DNA from: Thermomicrobiales bacterium
GTDB taxonomy: Bacteria > Chloroflexota > Chloroflexia > Thermomicrobiales > UBA6265
NCBI GenBank assembly: GCA_049840815.1
Contig: JASGJI010000003.1
Span: 23,503 to 87,502 of the forward strand
Reading direction: 5' to 3'
DNA: 64,000 bases
In this document: positions 1-10,225 of the stretch, piece by piece
Layout of the letters: each line of letters starts with the position of its first letter
Position numbering within the stretch: the first letter of the stretch is position 1
Translations under genes and position numbers: made by a program
The notes under the pieces: generated by a model
What the model saw: only the letters and a program-made list of their open reading frames with translations
Told to the model about the DNA's origin: nothing
The model's database searches: none

Positions 1-55
1 AGAAACTACGATGTCGGTCGGAACTGGGGCGGCGATTGTCTCAGGCAACGCAGCG

Positions 56-985
56 CTAGTTCGCGATGCGTTCCGCGATGAACGCCTCGCTCGCCTCGCG
101 GTCGAGGTCCAGCGCCACCCGTGCCGTCGCCGGGCGATCCTCGCTGGGCGGAAAGCCCACCGTCATCGCGGTCGTGAGCGTCCCCTGCAGTTCCACGCGC
201 ACGGCCAGATCCGTCCAGTGCAGGATCTCCGGTCGCACGATCGTCGCGGCGGCGAGCGGATCGTGCAGGAAGGTGTCTCCCCCTCGCGCCAAGAAGCCGG
301 GATAGTCTGCGATCTGCTGGGCGATGGCGTCGTGATAGGCCGTTCCCCGCGCCCTCAGCGCGTCCACGCCGGACTGGTCGATCAGCGCGCGCAGCGTCAC
401 GTCCAGCGGCACCAGCGACATCGCGGCCCCGGAGGAGAAGACGATGTGCGCGGCCTCCGGGTCGCAGCGGATGTTGTGTTCTCCTGGCCCCGCGCCGGAG
501 GTCGGCGTGACGGCGAACCAGCCTCCCATGATCGTCAGGTGCTTCAGGGACGATGCGAAGCGAGGTTCCCGCGTGATCGCGGCAGCCACGTTCGTCAGCG
601 GCCCGACCGCCAGGAGGTGAATCTCACCGGGATTGGCGAGGACGTGCTCGATCAGGAAATCGACGGCGTGCTGGTCCGGTCCGGCCGCGAAGCGCTCGTT
701 GTCGCCCTCCTCCAGCAGGCCGAGTCCCTCGTGGCCCGGCCAGTAGATGGGCTGCAAGCCCAGCAACGGCGCGGAAATCCCCTCGTAGACGGGGATGCTT
801 GCCGCATCGCGTCCACGAAGCGCCAGGAGCTTGCGCGCCATGCGTGCCCGCAGCGCGACATCGGCGTAGACGGTGGTGATGGCATCCAGCTGGATTTCCG
901 GCGACCCGAGCAGGAAGGCGAGGGCGATGCAGTCGTCGACGTCGGTGCCGATGTCGGTGTCGAGGACGACGCGGATGGGCGGCAT
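56..985 (-). CDS. Inosine/uridine-preferring nucleoside hydrolase
   Basis: N-terminal DTDIGTDVDD motif, VGPLTN, EHNIRCDPEAA and LHDP motifs; ATG at 985 preceded by GGAGG. Confidence 0.92.
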   Translation of the reverse strand: MPPIRVVLDTDIGTDVDDCIALAFLLGSPEIQLDAITTVYADVALRARMARKLLALRGRDAASIPVYEGISAPLLGLQPIYWPGHEGLGLLEEGDNERFAAGPDQHAVDFLIEHVLANPGEIHLLAVGPLTNVAAAITREPRFASSLKHLTIMGGWFAVTPTSGAGPGEHNIRCDPEAAHIVFSSGAAMSLVPLDVTLRALIDQSGVDALRARGTAYHDAIAQQIADYPGFLARGGDTFLHDPLAAATIVRPEILHWTDLAVRVELQGTLTTAMTVGFPPSEDRPATARVALDLDREASEAFIAERIAN

Positions 986-1212
986 GGAGAACCTCCGGGC
1001 ACTGGCGAATCCGGGATGGAATCGCGCGATCGAGTCGGTGAAGTCGTTCCGCATCATAGGCTGCGCATTGCCGGCTGACCATACGGCGAGCATATGTGCA
1101 GCACCCTATGGTGATGGCATCGAGCGGCATGCCCGAAACCCGGGTCCGGGGCTCCCTCGACAGCGTTGTCGCACTCCATTCATCCCGCCAGGACCCACCA
1201 GGAGAACCCACC

Positions 1213-2202
1213 ATGCCCATGCACGATCGACTCAGCAGCAGAATCATCGACCGGCGTCACCTCGTTGGTGGGGCGGCGGGTGTCGCCACGGCTGCCACCG
1301 CGGCCTTCGCACTGGGATCGCTGGTCTCGGCGCAAACCTCCGAATCGGCGACCGGCACGCCGGAGGCCGGATCGTCCTCGTCCGGCGCGTCTTCCGGTGC
1401 ATCGCGATCGATGACCTCGATCACCGATCGGTCCGCCGCGGTAATCGCGTCCGTCCAGGCCGACCGCGATGCGGTCGCCTCGTCCATCGATACCGCGGCC
1501 ATTGACGAATTGCTCGCTCTTGCAGGGAGCCTTCATACGCAGGCGGAAGCCGCCAGTGATTCCAGCACCAAGGGTACGTCGTCGTCCTCGGATGCATCTG
1601 CCTCGGCCACGCCTGCCGCTTCCACCCGCGGCACGACCAAGACCACCACTACCACCACGTCGACGCCCGGGAAGCGGCAACTGGCGAACGCGGCAATACG
1701 GACGGCCCGCGCGGCGCGGGCGCTGATCGTCGCGCATCTGGCGAACTTTGGCCTGCCGTCCGAACAGGTGGCCGTGAGCAAGGTGCTTGCGCGTGTCTAC
1801 GCTGGCGTGAAGGAGGTTGCCGCTTCATCTGCCTCCAGTGACGATGCGTCCAGCCTCGTCTCCCATGCCGAGGCCGCCTATTCCAGCGGCTACGATGCCT
1901 ACCATGCCGCGACCTACGCCAGCGCGGCGGCCTATGGCGAGGCCGCCGACCTGCTCGCATCCGCTGCCGGCAGCCTGCTTGGCCTGGGCGGCGGTGAGGG
2001 TGGCGGGGACCGGCGTGGCGGTGGCATGTCGAGGGGCCGTCGCGGTGAGATGAGCGGGGGTAGGCGCGGCGGATCGGAGTCCGGCTCGGGCGGAAGCGGC
2101 GGCGCGACCGCTACGCCATCGGCGGATGCGTCGTCCAGTTCGGATACGGATTCGGCCGGCGATACATCCACACCTGTGGAGGTTCCGGAACCGTCATTCT
2201 AG
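1213..2202 (+). CDS. Tat-exported Ala/Ser-rich hypothetical protein
   Basis: AGGAG RBS; DRRHLVGG twin-Arg motif plus hydrophobic stretch ending AQ; helical Ala-rich blocks with Ser/Thr/Gly linkers; hairpin follows. Confidence 0.7.
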   Translation: MPMHDRLSSRIIDRRHLVGGAAGVATAATAAFALGSLVSAQTSESATGTPEAGSSSSGASSGASRSMTSITDRSAAVIASVQADRDAVASSIDTAAIDELLALAGSLHTQAEAASDSSTKGTSSSSDASASATPAASTRGTTKTTTTTTSTPGKRQLANAAIRTARAARALIVAHLANFGLPSEQVAVSKVLARVYAGVKEVAASSASSDDASSLVSHAEAAYSSGYDAYHAATYASAAAYGEAADLLASAAGSLLGLGGGEGGGDRRGGGMSRGRRGEMSGGRRGGSESGSGGSGGATATPSADASSSSDTDSAGDTSTPVEVPEPSF

Positions 2203-2227
2203 GCTTCAGCCCTGAATGGTGAGGGTG

Positions 2228-2262
2228 GACAGGAGGGATGCGGCAACCGCATCCCTCCTGTC
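2228..2262 (+). terminator. Intrinsic terminator-like hairpin
   Basis: GACAGGAGGGATGCGG-CAA-CCGCATCCCTCCTGTC perfect 16-bp stem 25 nt after the stop. Confidence 0.7.
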
Positions 2263-2512
2263 GTGTTTCTCGGTTTGCGGGTTCGTCATGCTGGAATCGG
2301 ACTATCCGCTCGCGGTTTGCGAAAGGGCCTCTACTTCGCAATTGGGCGCGAGTGCGTGATCTGTCAGTCGCCCCGGGGCCGGCACAGGCTGCTGGATCGG
2401 CCAGGCGTCCGGCGCGGGACCCGCACTCCGACTCGTTCCATGCGGCGTACAGCCATGCATCCCACGGCGGTGGCTTGTCGTACGTGAGCGTGAAGGAAAG
2501 GATGAACTCCGG

Positions 2513-3412
2513 ATGCTTGCCCGATTCGCCCCTCTCCGCCGTTCCGGACTGCTGATCGCCATCGTGTCCGGGTTCCTTGCATTGGCGCCGGCCGCGTCCG
2601 CGTTCGCCCAGGCGACGCCCTCCTCGGGCCTCTCCTATGTGGTGCATTCCGACCTTGTCTACGCCATGGTCGATGGCAGTCCGATTTCGCTCGACGTCTG
2701 GCTGCCGGATGATGGGCTGACCGCTCGGCCGGTGGTCGTGGTGGTGCATGGCGGTGGCTGGATCGGTGGTGACAAGGCTGACGAGCACCGACAGGCGATT
2801 GCCGATACCCTCGCCCGCGATGGGTTCGTCGTCGCTTCGATCAATTACAGCCTCGCCCCGGACCAGGTCTTTCCGCAGCCGGTACGCGACATTCAGGACG
2901 CCATCGCCTGGCTCCGCGATCCGGCGCAGGTCGCTGCATTCGGGATCGACCCCGCGAAGATCGCTGCCCTGGGGGATTCCTCCGGCGGCAACCTCGTCGG
3001 GCTGGTCGGCACGATGGGCGATGGGCCGGACACTATCGGCTCGCGCGTCGCTGCGGTAGTTTCCCTTTCCGGGCCGATGTCCTTCGAGGTCGATCTCGCG
3101 TCCGGGGGCAGCGCCCCCAGCGTGCTCCGTTACCTTGGGTGCATCGACGAGAATGCCTGCCCGAACCGGACGCTGGCTTCGCCGACGCATTACGTCGACC
3201 CGACCGATCCGCCGTTCCTGCTCGTGAATGGCACAGAGGATACGACCGTGACCCCGCTCCAGGTCGATGTGATGGCCGAGACGCTCGATGCGGCGGGCGT
3301 CGGCCACGAGGATCTGGTCATTCCCGGTGGCCTGCACGGGAGCTATCTCTGGCTGGACCCGTATGTGCAGTCCCGCGTGCTCGCGTTCCTCCACGACCAC
3401 CTCGGGGCCTGA
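2513..3412 (+). CDS. Secreted alpha/beta hydrolase (HSL-type esterase/lipase)
   Basis: Signal peptide; HGGGW oxyanion motif, GDSSGG nucleophile, GTED and H(GS) triad residues. Confidence 0.9.
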   Translation: MLARFAPLRRSGLLIAIVSGFLALAPAASAFAQATPSSGLSYVVHSDLVYAMVDGSPISLDVWLPDDGLTARPVVVVVHGGGWIGGDKADEHRQAIADTLARDGFVVASINYSLAPDQVFPQPVRDIQDAIAWLRDPAQVAAFGIDPAKIAALGDSSGGNLVGLVGTMGDGPDTIGSRVAAVVSLSGPMSFEVDLASGGSAPSVLRYLGCIDENACPNRTLASPTHYVDPTDPPFLLVNGTEDTTVTPLQVDVMAETLDAAGVGHEDLVIPGGLHGSYLWLDPYVQSRVLAFLHDHLGA

Positions 3413-3422
3413 TTGCGCCAGA

Positions 3423-4028
3423 TCAGGCGGCCTCGCGCGGCGAACCCCACTGCGGCGATGGCAGATGCAGGAGCACGAGCGTTCCGAGTGCCAGCACCGA
3501 GTTCCGGAAGGCGGGGTCGAGCCCGTTCCAGGCGGTCGATTTCCACATCTGGAACCACTCGCCGCCAATCACGATGAAGCCGCCGAAGAAGAGCAGGAGC
3601 ATCATCGTCAGTCCCAGCGTGCCGATCGCTCGCGCCCGGCGGAACCCGGTGTTGCCGCTCGCCTCCCGCACCGCGATCGCCGCGGCACCCAGCAGGACGA
3701 CGCCCGTCAGGACTTCCCAGCCGATGAGCAGGATGTAGAGGAATCGCTGGATCGTCTCGTTGTCGATCGCCCGCCACATCACGTCCGGGTCGAGATCGGT
3801 GCCCTGGGCCGCGCCGAAGTTCGTGGTGTCCATCGAGAGGACGTGCTGCACGAACGCCCAGTTCGTGCCGAAGTCGGTGATGTTCCCGAACGCGACGATC
3901 GCCAGATAGAGTCCGTTCAACGCTACCAGCACGAATGCGGCAACCGGAAGCGTCCCAAGCCGCATCCAGCCTCCATCGTCGTTCGTCTTCACTCCCTGTC
4001 CCTGTGCCATGTTCGCCATCTCCGGCAT
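3423..4028 (-). CDS. DUF2165 family integral membrane protein
   Basis: GNITDFGTNWAFVQHVLSMDTT and GGEWFQMW motifs; four TM segments; exact start uncertain. Confidence 0.85.
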   Translation of the reverse strand: MPEMANMAQGQGVKTNDDGGWMRLGTLPVAAFVLVALNGLYLAIVAFGNITDFGTNWAFVQHVLSMDTTNFGAAQGTDLDPDVMWRAIDNETIQRFLYILLIGWEVLTGVVLLGAAAIAVREASGNTGFRRARAIGTLGLTMMLLLFFGGFIVIGGEWFQMWKSTAWNGLDPAFRNSVLALGTLVLLHLPSPQWGSPREAA

Positions 4029-4132
4029 GCATCGCGCTATCGGTTGTTCCTGGCCCCGTTCGGATCATGGCATGGTGATAGACGGTTGGCAATCGGGAGT
4101 TCTACGGGATTGTTCTCGGTCATCGGCCATGC

Positions 4133-4213
4133 AGTGAACGCGGTTCACCAAGGTGATTGACATTCACTCACCGCGTCGCTAGTATGGCGAACGTGGAGTG
4201 AACGATGTTCACT
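4133..4213 (+). promoter_or_regulatory. Sigma70 promoter flanked by two GTGAAC-N3-GTTCAC palindromes (putative TetR operators)
   Basis: TTGACA 4157-4162, 17-bp spacer, TAGTAT 4180-4185; palindromes at 4134-4148 and 4197-4213. Confidence 0.75.
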
Positions 4214-4245
4214 TGGGCGTTCGATGTTCAGGGGTATGGGGTGTG

Positions 4246-4986
4246 ATGGAGAACGGCGACGAGATGGATGGTGTGGTGATTGGCGGCGGCGCGGCGGCGC
4301 GGCGGGAACAGAACCGCCGGGAAATGCGCATCGCCATCCTCGATACCGCGCGCTCCATCGTGGACGAGCACGGCGCCGACAAGCTCACCATTCGCGGCAT
4401 TGCCCAGCGATTGGGGTACTCCGCCGGCGCGATCTACGACTACATTCCGTCCAAGGACCACATTCTTCAGGCGCTCTACTTCCTTGGCACCGATGGTCTC
4501 GGCCAGCAGATGGAGAAGGCGGTCGCGGGGATGCCCGACGGCACCTCCACCATCGATGCCATCCTCACGCTCGCTCATACGTACCGTGCCTATGCCCATG
4601 CGCACGTCGATCTCTACTGGCTCGCCTTCTCCGGGCTCAAGGAGCGTCCGACGGAGGACGCCATGGGAGACATGATGGAGGAGGCCCAGGGTGTCGGCTT
4701 CGGTCCATTGATGGAAATCATCGTGGAGGGGATCGGGAACGGAACCCTCATCGACACCGTCTATCCGATGGCGATCGCCATTGCGACCTGGTCTGCGGTG
4801 CACGGCTTTGTCTCGCTCGAACTGAGCGGTCACATGAAGCCGGACGTGCTCTTCAGCCAGGAACCGGTCGCTTGTCCGGATCGTGATGGCGTCCAGATGC
4901 ACGACGACATGTTCGATGTCCTCATCCGCATGGTCTTGTATGGCTTCGTCCGGCGTCCGCCAGTAGAGGTCACACGCGGGGAGTGA
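4246..4986 (+). CDS. TetR/AcrR family regulator with WHG-type C-terminal domain
   Basis: HTH LTIRGIAQRLGYSAGAIYDY; C-terminal WSAVHGFVSLE; start 4246 or 4264. Confidence 0.88.
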   Translation: MENGDEMDGVVIGGGAAARREQNRREMRIAILDTARSIVDEHGADKLTIRGIAQRLGYSAGAIYDYIPSKDHILQALYFLGTDGLGQQMEKAVAGMPDGTSTIDAILTLAHTYRAYAHAHVDLYWLAFSGLKERPTEDAMGDMMEEAQGVGFGPLMEIIVEGIGNGTLIDTVYPMAIAIATWSAVHGFVSLELSGHMKPDVLFSQEPVACPDRDGVQMHDDMFDVLIRMVLYGFVRRPPVEVTRGE

Positions 4987-5124
4987 TCCCGCGTTGGTGC
5001 AAAGGGTCCCTGGTCATGTTCCCGTTTCGAATCCGGCTCCGCGTCACACTGTCGCGGCTCCGTTCCTCATCCGTGATATGCAGGTGGCGCGACGCATCGC
5101 GCCTTTCCCATGAAGGAGTCTTCG

Positions 5125-7404
5125 ATGTTCTACCGATGGGGGCGTTTCGTCGCGCTACACCGGAAGGCGGTGGCGCTGGTGTCGCTGCTGCTGATCGTGG
5201 TGGCGATCGGCGTCATTGCCACGGTCAAGCCGGATTTCTCGTCCGAGGGGTATCTCTCGGACAACGCGGAATCGGTGAGGGTCGACCAGACCGTCATCAA
5301 TCAGTTCGGGATCGGCGGTCAGTCGATCGTCTTCCTCTTCGACCTGCCGGATGGCCAGCACGTCACCGATGCGGGCGTGCAGGCGAAGGTCGATGCGGCG
5401 CTCGCCCCGCTTGCGGATGACGCCCGCCTGAACACCCCGTTGACGACATGGACGACAGGCGACGCCCGCTTCGTCTCGTCCGACGGTACCGCGACCTATG
5501 CGGTGGTCTTTGCCAAGCCGGGGGCGGAGATCTCACCGGCCGGGACGGACGCCATTGTCAAGCAGGTCGAGGACGCGGCGAAGGCACAGGGCCTGACGGC
5601 GAGCGCCGGGGGATCGCTGGCGATCAATGCAGAGATCAATAAGGAGGTGGAGCGCGGGCTGATTCGCGCGGAGACCGTCGCGATCCCGCTGACACTGATT
5701 TTCCTCGTGCTGGTCTTCGGGACGCTGGCCGCGGCGGGTCTGCCGCTGGTGATTGGTGGCCTCGGGATTGTTGCCGCGATCGCCGCAGTCTTTGTCGCCT
5801 CCCAGCTCGGGTTCCAGTCCGTCTTCGCGGTCAATGTGGTGACCATGCTCGGTCTGGGACTCGGCATCGACTACTCACTCTTCATGGTGACGCGCTTCCG
5901 GGAGGAACTCCGCAAGCGTGATCCCGCCGAGGCGGTCGCCGCCACGATGGCGACCACCGGCAAGGCGATTCTCTTCTCCGGCGTCACGGTCATCTTCGGA
6001 CTCGCCGCCACGCAGTTCTTCCCGCTGCCGGCCCTGCATTCGCTCGGCCAGGCGGGCATGATTGTCACCTTCTGCGCGCTGCTCTTCGGCCTCTCGCTCC
6101 TGCCAGCCCTGCTCGTGATGATGGGGCGGCGCATCAACCGCTTTGCCCTGCCCTTTGCCCGTGAGCGGGTCGGCACCGAGGAGAAGCAGGAAGCTGGCTT
6201 CTGGTATGGCGTTGCCCACGCGGTGATGGCGCGCCCCTTCGCCTTCCTCATCCCGCTGCTCATCCTGCTGGTGCTCGCGGGGTCGCCGGTGCTTGGCCTG
6301 AACCTGACACCGGGCGGTCCGGAAATCATGTCCCGAAACGCCGAGGCCCGGCAGGTGGTCGATCGCCTCAACACGGAGTTCGGCGGGTCCTCCGATACGA
6401 CACCGGTGCTGCTCACGTTCTCCGGGAACCCCCTCACGGCCGAGGGCGCTCAGCAGGTGCAGGCCTTGACGGACCAGATGGCGACGATTCCGGGCGTCAC
6501 CAGCGTGGACAGCTTCGCGGTGAAGGACGTTCCCTGGGCGCAGTGGAACGGCGATGTCACGGCGTTGCCCCAGCCGCTCCAGGCTGGCATCGAGCGCACG
6601 GTGCATGGCAATCAGGTCCTCGTGCAGGTGCATACGAACGTCGAAGGCGATTCGCTGGAGCAGGTAGCGCGTGATCTCCGCGCGATTCCGGGCAACGGCG
6701 TGACGATCCAGGTCGGCGGTCAGGCCGCGGCGGCGGTCGACACGGTGGATGGCGTGAAGTCGGGCATCGTGCCGGCGGCGATCTTCGTGGTGGTCGGCGC
6801 GTACATCATCTTGCTCTTCACCTTCGGATCGGTCTTCCTGCCGCTGAAGGCGATGTTCATGTCGATGCTTTCCATCGGGGCATCGCTGGGCGTGGTGGTG
6901 CTGATCTTCCAGGAAGGATGGCTCCAGAGCCTCTTCGGGTTCGAGGCGACGGGTGAAGTCGTCGCGATGGTGCCGATCCTGATGTTCTGCATCCTCTTCG
7001 GGCTCAGCATGGACTACGAAGTGCTGATGCTCTCCCGCATCCAGGAGGAGTATGAGCGCACTGGCGACAACACGGCGTCGGTGGCCTTCGGGCTGGCGAA
7101 CACGGGCCGGGTGATCACCGGGGCTGCGGCGATCATGGTGGTGGCATTCGGCGGCTTCGTGCTGGCGGAGAACGTGATCCTGAAGAGCCTGGGATTCGGT
7201 CTCGCGCTGGCGGTACTGGTCGATGCGACGATTGTGCGCGGCCTCCTCGTCCCCTCCACGATGCGCCTGATGGGACGCTGGAATTGGTGGGCGCCGGGGC
7301 CGGTGAAGCGGATGGTCGATCGCGCCGGTCTTTCGCATCATTCCGACCTGCCGGACGGTCACGGCGGCGCGACGCCGACGGTCTCCGCCACGAACGCGGA
7401 CTGA
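5125..7404 (+). CDS. MMPL/RND family transporter
   Basis: Two membrane repeats with GLGIDYSLF and FGLSMDYEV motifs; AAGGAG RBS. Confidence 0.93.
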   Translation: MFYRWGRFVALHRKAVALVSLLLIVVAIGVIATVKPDFSSEGYLSDNAESVRVDQTVINQFGIGGQSIVFLFDLPDGQHVTDAGVQAKVDAALAPLADDARLNTPLTTWTTGDARFVSSDGTATYAVVFAKPGAEISPAGTDAIVKQVEDAAKAQGLTASAGGSLAINAEINKEVERGLIRAETVAIPLTLIFLVLVFGTLAAAGLPLVIGGLGIVAAIAAVFVASQLGFQSVFAVNVVTMLGLGLGIDYSLFMVTRFREELRKRDPAEAVAATMATTGKAILFSGVTVIFGLAATQFFPLPALHSLGQAGMIVTFCALLFGLSLLPALLVMMGRRINRFALPFARERVGTEEKQEAGFWYGVAHAVMARPFAFLIPLLILLVLAGSPVLGLNLTPGGPEIMSRNAEARQVVDRLNTEFGGSSDTTPVLLTFSGNPLTAEGAQQVQALTDQMATIPGVTSVDSFAVKDVPWAQWNGDVTALPQPLQAGIERTVHGNQVLVQVHTNVEGDSLEQVARDLRAIPGNGVTIQVGGQAAAAVDTVDGVKSGIVPAAIFVVVGAYIILLFTFGSVFLPLKAMFMSMLSIGASLGVVVLIFQEGWLQSLFGFEATGEVVAMVPILMFCILFGLSMDYEVLMLSRIQEEYERTGDNTASVAFGLANTGRVITGAAAIMVVAFGGFVLAENVILKSLGFGLALAVLVDATIVRGLLVPSTMRLMGRWNWWAPGPVKRMVDRAGLSHHSDLPDGHGGATPTVSATNAD

Positions 7405-7444
7405 TTCCAGGAAGACGCGGAAGGGGCCGGCATCGCGCTCGCAT

Positions 7445-7513
7445 CGGACCGACACGGGGTCGGTCCCTACAAGCAGCGCGTGCGCACGTAGGGATCGACC
7501 CTGTGTCGGTCCG
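7445..7513. repeat. Inverted pair of GTAG-type REP elements
   Basis: CGGACCGACACGGGGTCGGTCCCTAC (7445-7470) and GTAGGGATCGACCCTGTGTCGGTCCG (7488-7513) are near reverse complements; each is GTAG plus a short palindrome. Confidence 0.7.
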
Positions 7514-7564
7514 GCCCAACGGGCCATTCCGCATGCCACGTAAAGCGAGATGAATCACAAAGCG

Positions 7565-7617
7565 CACACACGAGAAGGGGCGGGCATTCACGCGATGCCC
7601 GCCCCTTCTCGTGTGTG
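7565..7617. terminator. Bidirectional terminator hairpin
   Basis: Perfect 23-bp stem between the convergent MMPL and DUF899 genes. Confidence 0.75.
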
Positions 7618-7623
7618 TCGGGA

Positions 7624-8397
7624 TCAATGGCAGTGCGGACAGCCACCCCCGGAGGCTCCATCCCGCCCATCCCGCGACGGAGCCGGAGTGCCGTGCGTGG
7701 CGTATTCGTCATGACGCTTCCACCATGCATAGCGCGGCCCCTGCGGCCAGCCCTCGGGCGCATCGTCGCCTTCTTCCTGCCGTCCGTAGGGCACCAGGTC
7801 GAGGAAATGGAACGTGTTCATCAGCATCTCCGCCCCGCGATCCTGCGTCTGGTACGTGAGGAACACGCGGCCGGTCGCGTCGTCGCGAAGGAAGACGCTC
7901 AGGCGATGATGCTCCTCGCCGTTCACCGTCGCACCGAAGTCCTCGTTGAAGCTTGTGCCGAACGAGGAGATCCACGGCTCCGTCCAGCCCATCCGCGCCT
8001 TGTAGGCCTCCAGCTTCGGCAGGGGCGCCCGCGAGATGAGCACACGGCTGACATCACGGGCGTTCAGGTGCGCCGGGTGATCGAGGTTGTCGACGAACAT
8101 CGAGCAGCCATCGCACCCGGCATCCCAGTCCGGCCCGAACATGAAATGATAGACGATCAGCTGGTTCCGGCCGTCGAAGAGGTCGCGGAGGGAACGCGGA
8201 CCCTCCGGCGTGCCGAAGGTGTAGTCCTGCGTGACCTCCACCATTGGCAGACGGCGGCGCTCGGCGGCGAGGGCATCGCCCGCCCGCATGAGGGCTTTCT
8301 CCTTCGCGAGGAGATCGGCGCGGGCAGCCGTCCACGCCTCGCGGGAGACGATTGGCGGGAGGGCGGAAACACGTGTCGTGGTGGTGGTCTCGGTCAT
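7624..8397 (-). CDS. DUF899 family thioredoxin-like protein (copy 1)
   Basis: RRRLPMV, DLFDGRNQLIVYHFMF, GCDGCS, LDLVPYGRQE, WWKRHDEY. Confidence 0.9.
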   Translation of the reverse strand: MTETTTTTRVSALPPIVSREAWTAARADLLAKEKALMRAGDALAAERRRLPMVEVTQDYTFGTPEGPRSLRDLFDGRNQLIVYHFMFGPDWDAGCDGCSMFVDNLDHPAHLNARDVSRVLISRAPLPKLEAYKARMGWTEPWISSFGTSFNEDFGATVNGEEHHRLSVFLRDDATGRVFLTYQTQDRGAEMLMNTFHFLDLVPYGRQEEGDDAPEGWPQGPRYAWWKRHDEYATHGTPAPSRDGRDGASGGGCPHCH

Positions 8398-8519
8398 GGG
8401 GAATGTCCTATCTGGTGAGGAACGAGAATGGGAGAAACGAAGAGAGAGGCGCACGCGGACAACGCGCGATGGAGAGTGGGATTGCGCTCTGGTCTCGTTT
8501 CGTGGTTCTCGTTCCTCGG

Positions 8520-8963
8520 TCAGCCGATGAGCGATTCGCGGACGAGCGCGCGGAGCTTGGCGTCGCGTAGCAGCAGCCCGACCCACACCAGCACGCCGAG
8601 AAAGAGCGCAAAGAGGAAATTCGTGCTCTCCACCCGGATCTGGATCGCGGTTGCCCCACCGAGGTACCCGGTCATCAGCACGGCCCCGATCAGGCTGGTG
8701 AACGGCACCATGTAGAGCAGCGAGCAGATGACCAGCGTCAGCCCGATCCCGAACAGGTAGTGCTCCGGGAACCCGAGCGACACCGTCCCCTCCACAGAGG
8801 CATCGGCGTGGGCCATCTTGGTGACACCATCGATGAAGGTGAACACCACCACCAGCCCGCTCACGATCCACCCGGCGATCGCCATCCGGGGCCAGCTCCG
8901 TTTTTCGGGAGCTATGGCAGGGGTGGCGGAGGGTGACGACGGGTTCGGGGCAGACGACGACAT
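8520..8963 (-). CDS. DoxX family membrane protein
   Basis: IGAVLMTGYLGGATA motif, four TM segments. Confidence 0.85.
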   Translation of the reverse strand: MSSSAPNPSSPSATPAIAPEKRSWPRMAIAGWIVSGLVVVFTFIDGVTKMAHADASVEGTVSLGFPEHYLFGIGLTLVICSLLYMVPFTSLIGAVLMTGYLGGATAIQIRVESTNFLFALFLGVLVWVGLLLRDAKLRALVRESLIG

Positions 8964-8991
8964 GGAGCGGGTTCCTTATGTGCGGATCGGA

Positions 8992-9723
8992 TCAGGACGC
9001 TACGTTCGTATTCTCCGAATCGTACTCGTCATGGCGCTTTGTCCACGAATACTCCGGCTGCTGGGGCCAGCCCGCAGGAGAATCCTCGTTATTCTCTTGC
9101 CGACCGTAGGGCGTGATGTCGAGATAGCCAAGCATGCCCATCAGTGTCTCATGGACGTTCCCACCGAGGGCGTACGTCTGAAAGATGCGATTCCTGTCAC
9201 GGAAGAAGACCAGCGTGTCGGGTTGTTCGCCGTCATCGGTCGACAACCCGAAATCAGGGCCGAAATCGGAATCGAACGAGGAATACCACGGCACGTTCCA
9301 GCCCATCCGCGTGTTGTACGCCTCGAGTTGCGGATAGGGGGCACGCGAGATTCGGGCAAGCGAGATGTCCCGCGCGTGAAGGTGTGCCGGATGGGGGAAG
9401 GAATCGGCAAGTTCGGAGCAGCCGGGGCAGCCCGCCTCCCATGTTGGAGCAAACATGAAGTAGTTGAGGATGAGATGGGTTCGCCCCTCGAAGAGATCGA
9501 GGAAGGTCACCTCCCCGTCCGGACCCGTGAAGGTGTAGTCCTTGGTGATCTCCACCATCGGGAGCCGACGGCGAGCAGCCGATGCTGCCTTGCGCTGCTT
9601 GTCGGCGGCGTCCTCCAGGGCGACCAGGTCCGCTCGGGCAGCCTCCCATTCGGAGCGGGAGACGATCGGTGGCATCGGTCGGGTAGGCGTGGACGATGGA
9701 GCGGTCGCGGTCGTGCTGGACAT
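8992..9723 (-). CDS. DUF899 family thioredoxin-like protein (copy 2)
   Basis: RRRLPMV, GCPGCS, LDITPYGRQE, RHDEY; AAGGAG RBS before ATG at 9723. Confidence 0.9.
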   Translation of the reverse strand: MSSTTATAPSSTPTRPMPPIVSRSEWEAARADLVALEDAADKQRKAASAARRRLPMVEITKDYTFTGPDGEVTFLDLFEGRTHLILNYFMFAPTWEAGCPGCSELADSFPHPAHLHARDISLARISRAPYPQLEAYNTRMGWNVPWYSSFDSDFGPDFGLSTDDGEQPDTLVFFRDRNRIFQTYALGGNVHETLMGMLGYLDITPYGRQENNEDSPAGWPQQPEYSWTKRHDEYDSENTNVAS

Positions 9724-9865
9724 TTGGCGACTCCTTTGGGTGTAGCGGTGGGACGCCCTCCCGAATGGAAGGGACTGGCGGAGGAAATCGCTTCTTCCCT
9801 CCTGAATCGCGCGGGATCGGGACGGCAAGTGGCCGAGGGCAGCACGGTGGGGATCTCTCCTCTCA

Positions 9866-10225
9866 TCAGCCGCCGGAGATCGCGCCGACGATCAGGTACG
9901 GCTCACGTCCTGCCATCACGGCATCTGGCAGGCGGTCGTCCGGCTCGACGTGGGAGAGGTCCTTGCCGCAGGCGTAAAAGCGGATCTTCGGCCGCCGCCG
10001 GTCCTTGATCGCATCGCGCAGCGTGTGCTTCAGCGCCGGGAATCGTGCCTCCAGCGCATCGATCACCCCACGCTGGCTGGGCGCGGCGATCTCTAGCGGA
10101 ATCTCGCCGTCGATACGGGCCAGCGCTCGCAATGGCCCGGGGAGTACCACTCGGATCGTGGAGATCGATGGCGCATCGACCGTCGATGTCGTCGGGTCGG
10201 GTGGGGTGATGGCCAAGGTCGTCAT
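9866..10225 (-). CDS. MoaD/ThiS ubiquitin-like (beta-grasp) protein
   Basis: [12 protein letters not shown]...LEARFPAL...VGAISGG with C-terminal Gly-Gly; ATGA overlap with the upstream gene. Confidence 0.88.
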   Translation of the reverse strand: MTTLAITPPDPTTSTVDAPSISTIRVVLPGPLRALARIDGEIPLEIAAPSQRGVIDALEARFPALKHTLRDAIKDRRRPKIRFYACGKDLSHVEPDDRLPDAVMAGREPYLIVGAISGG

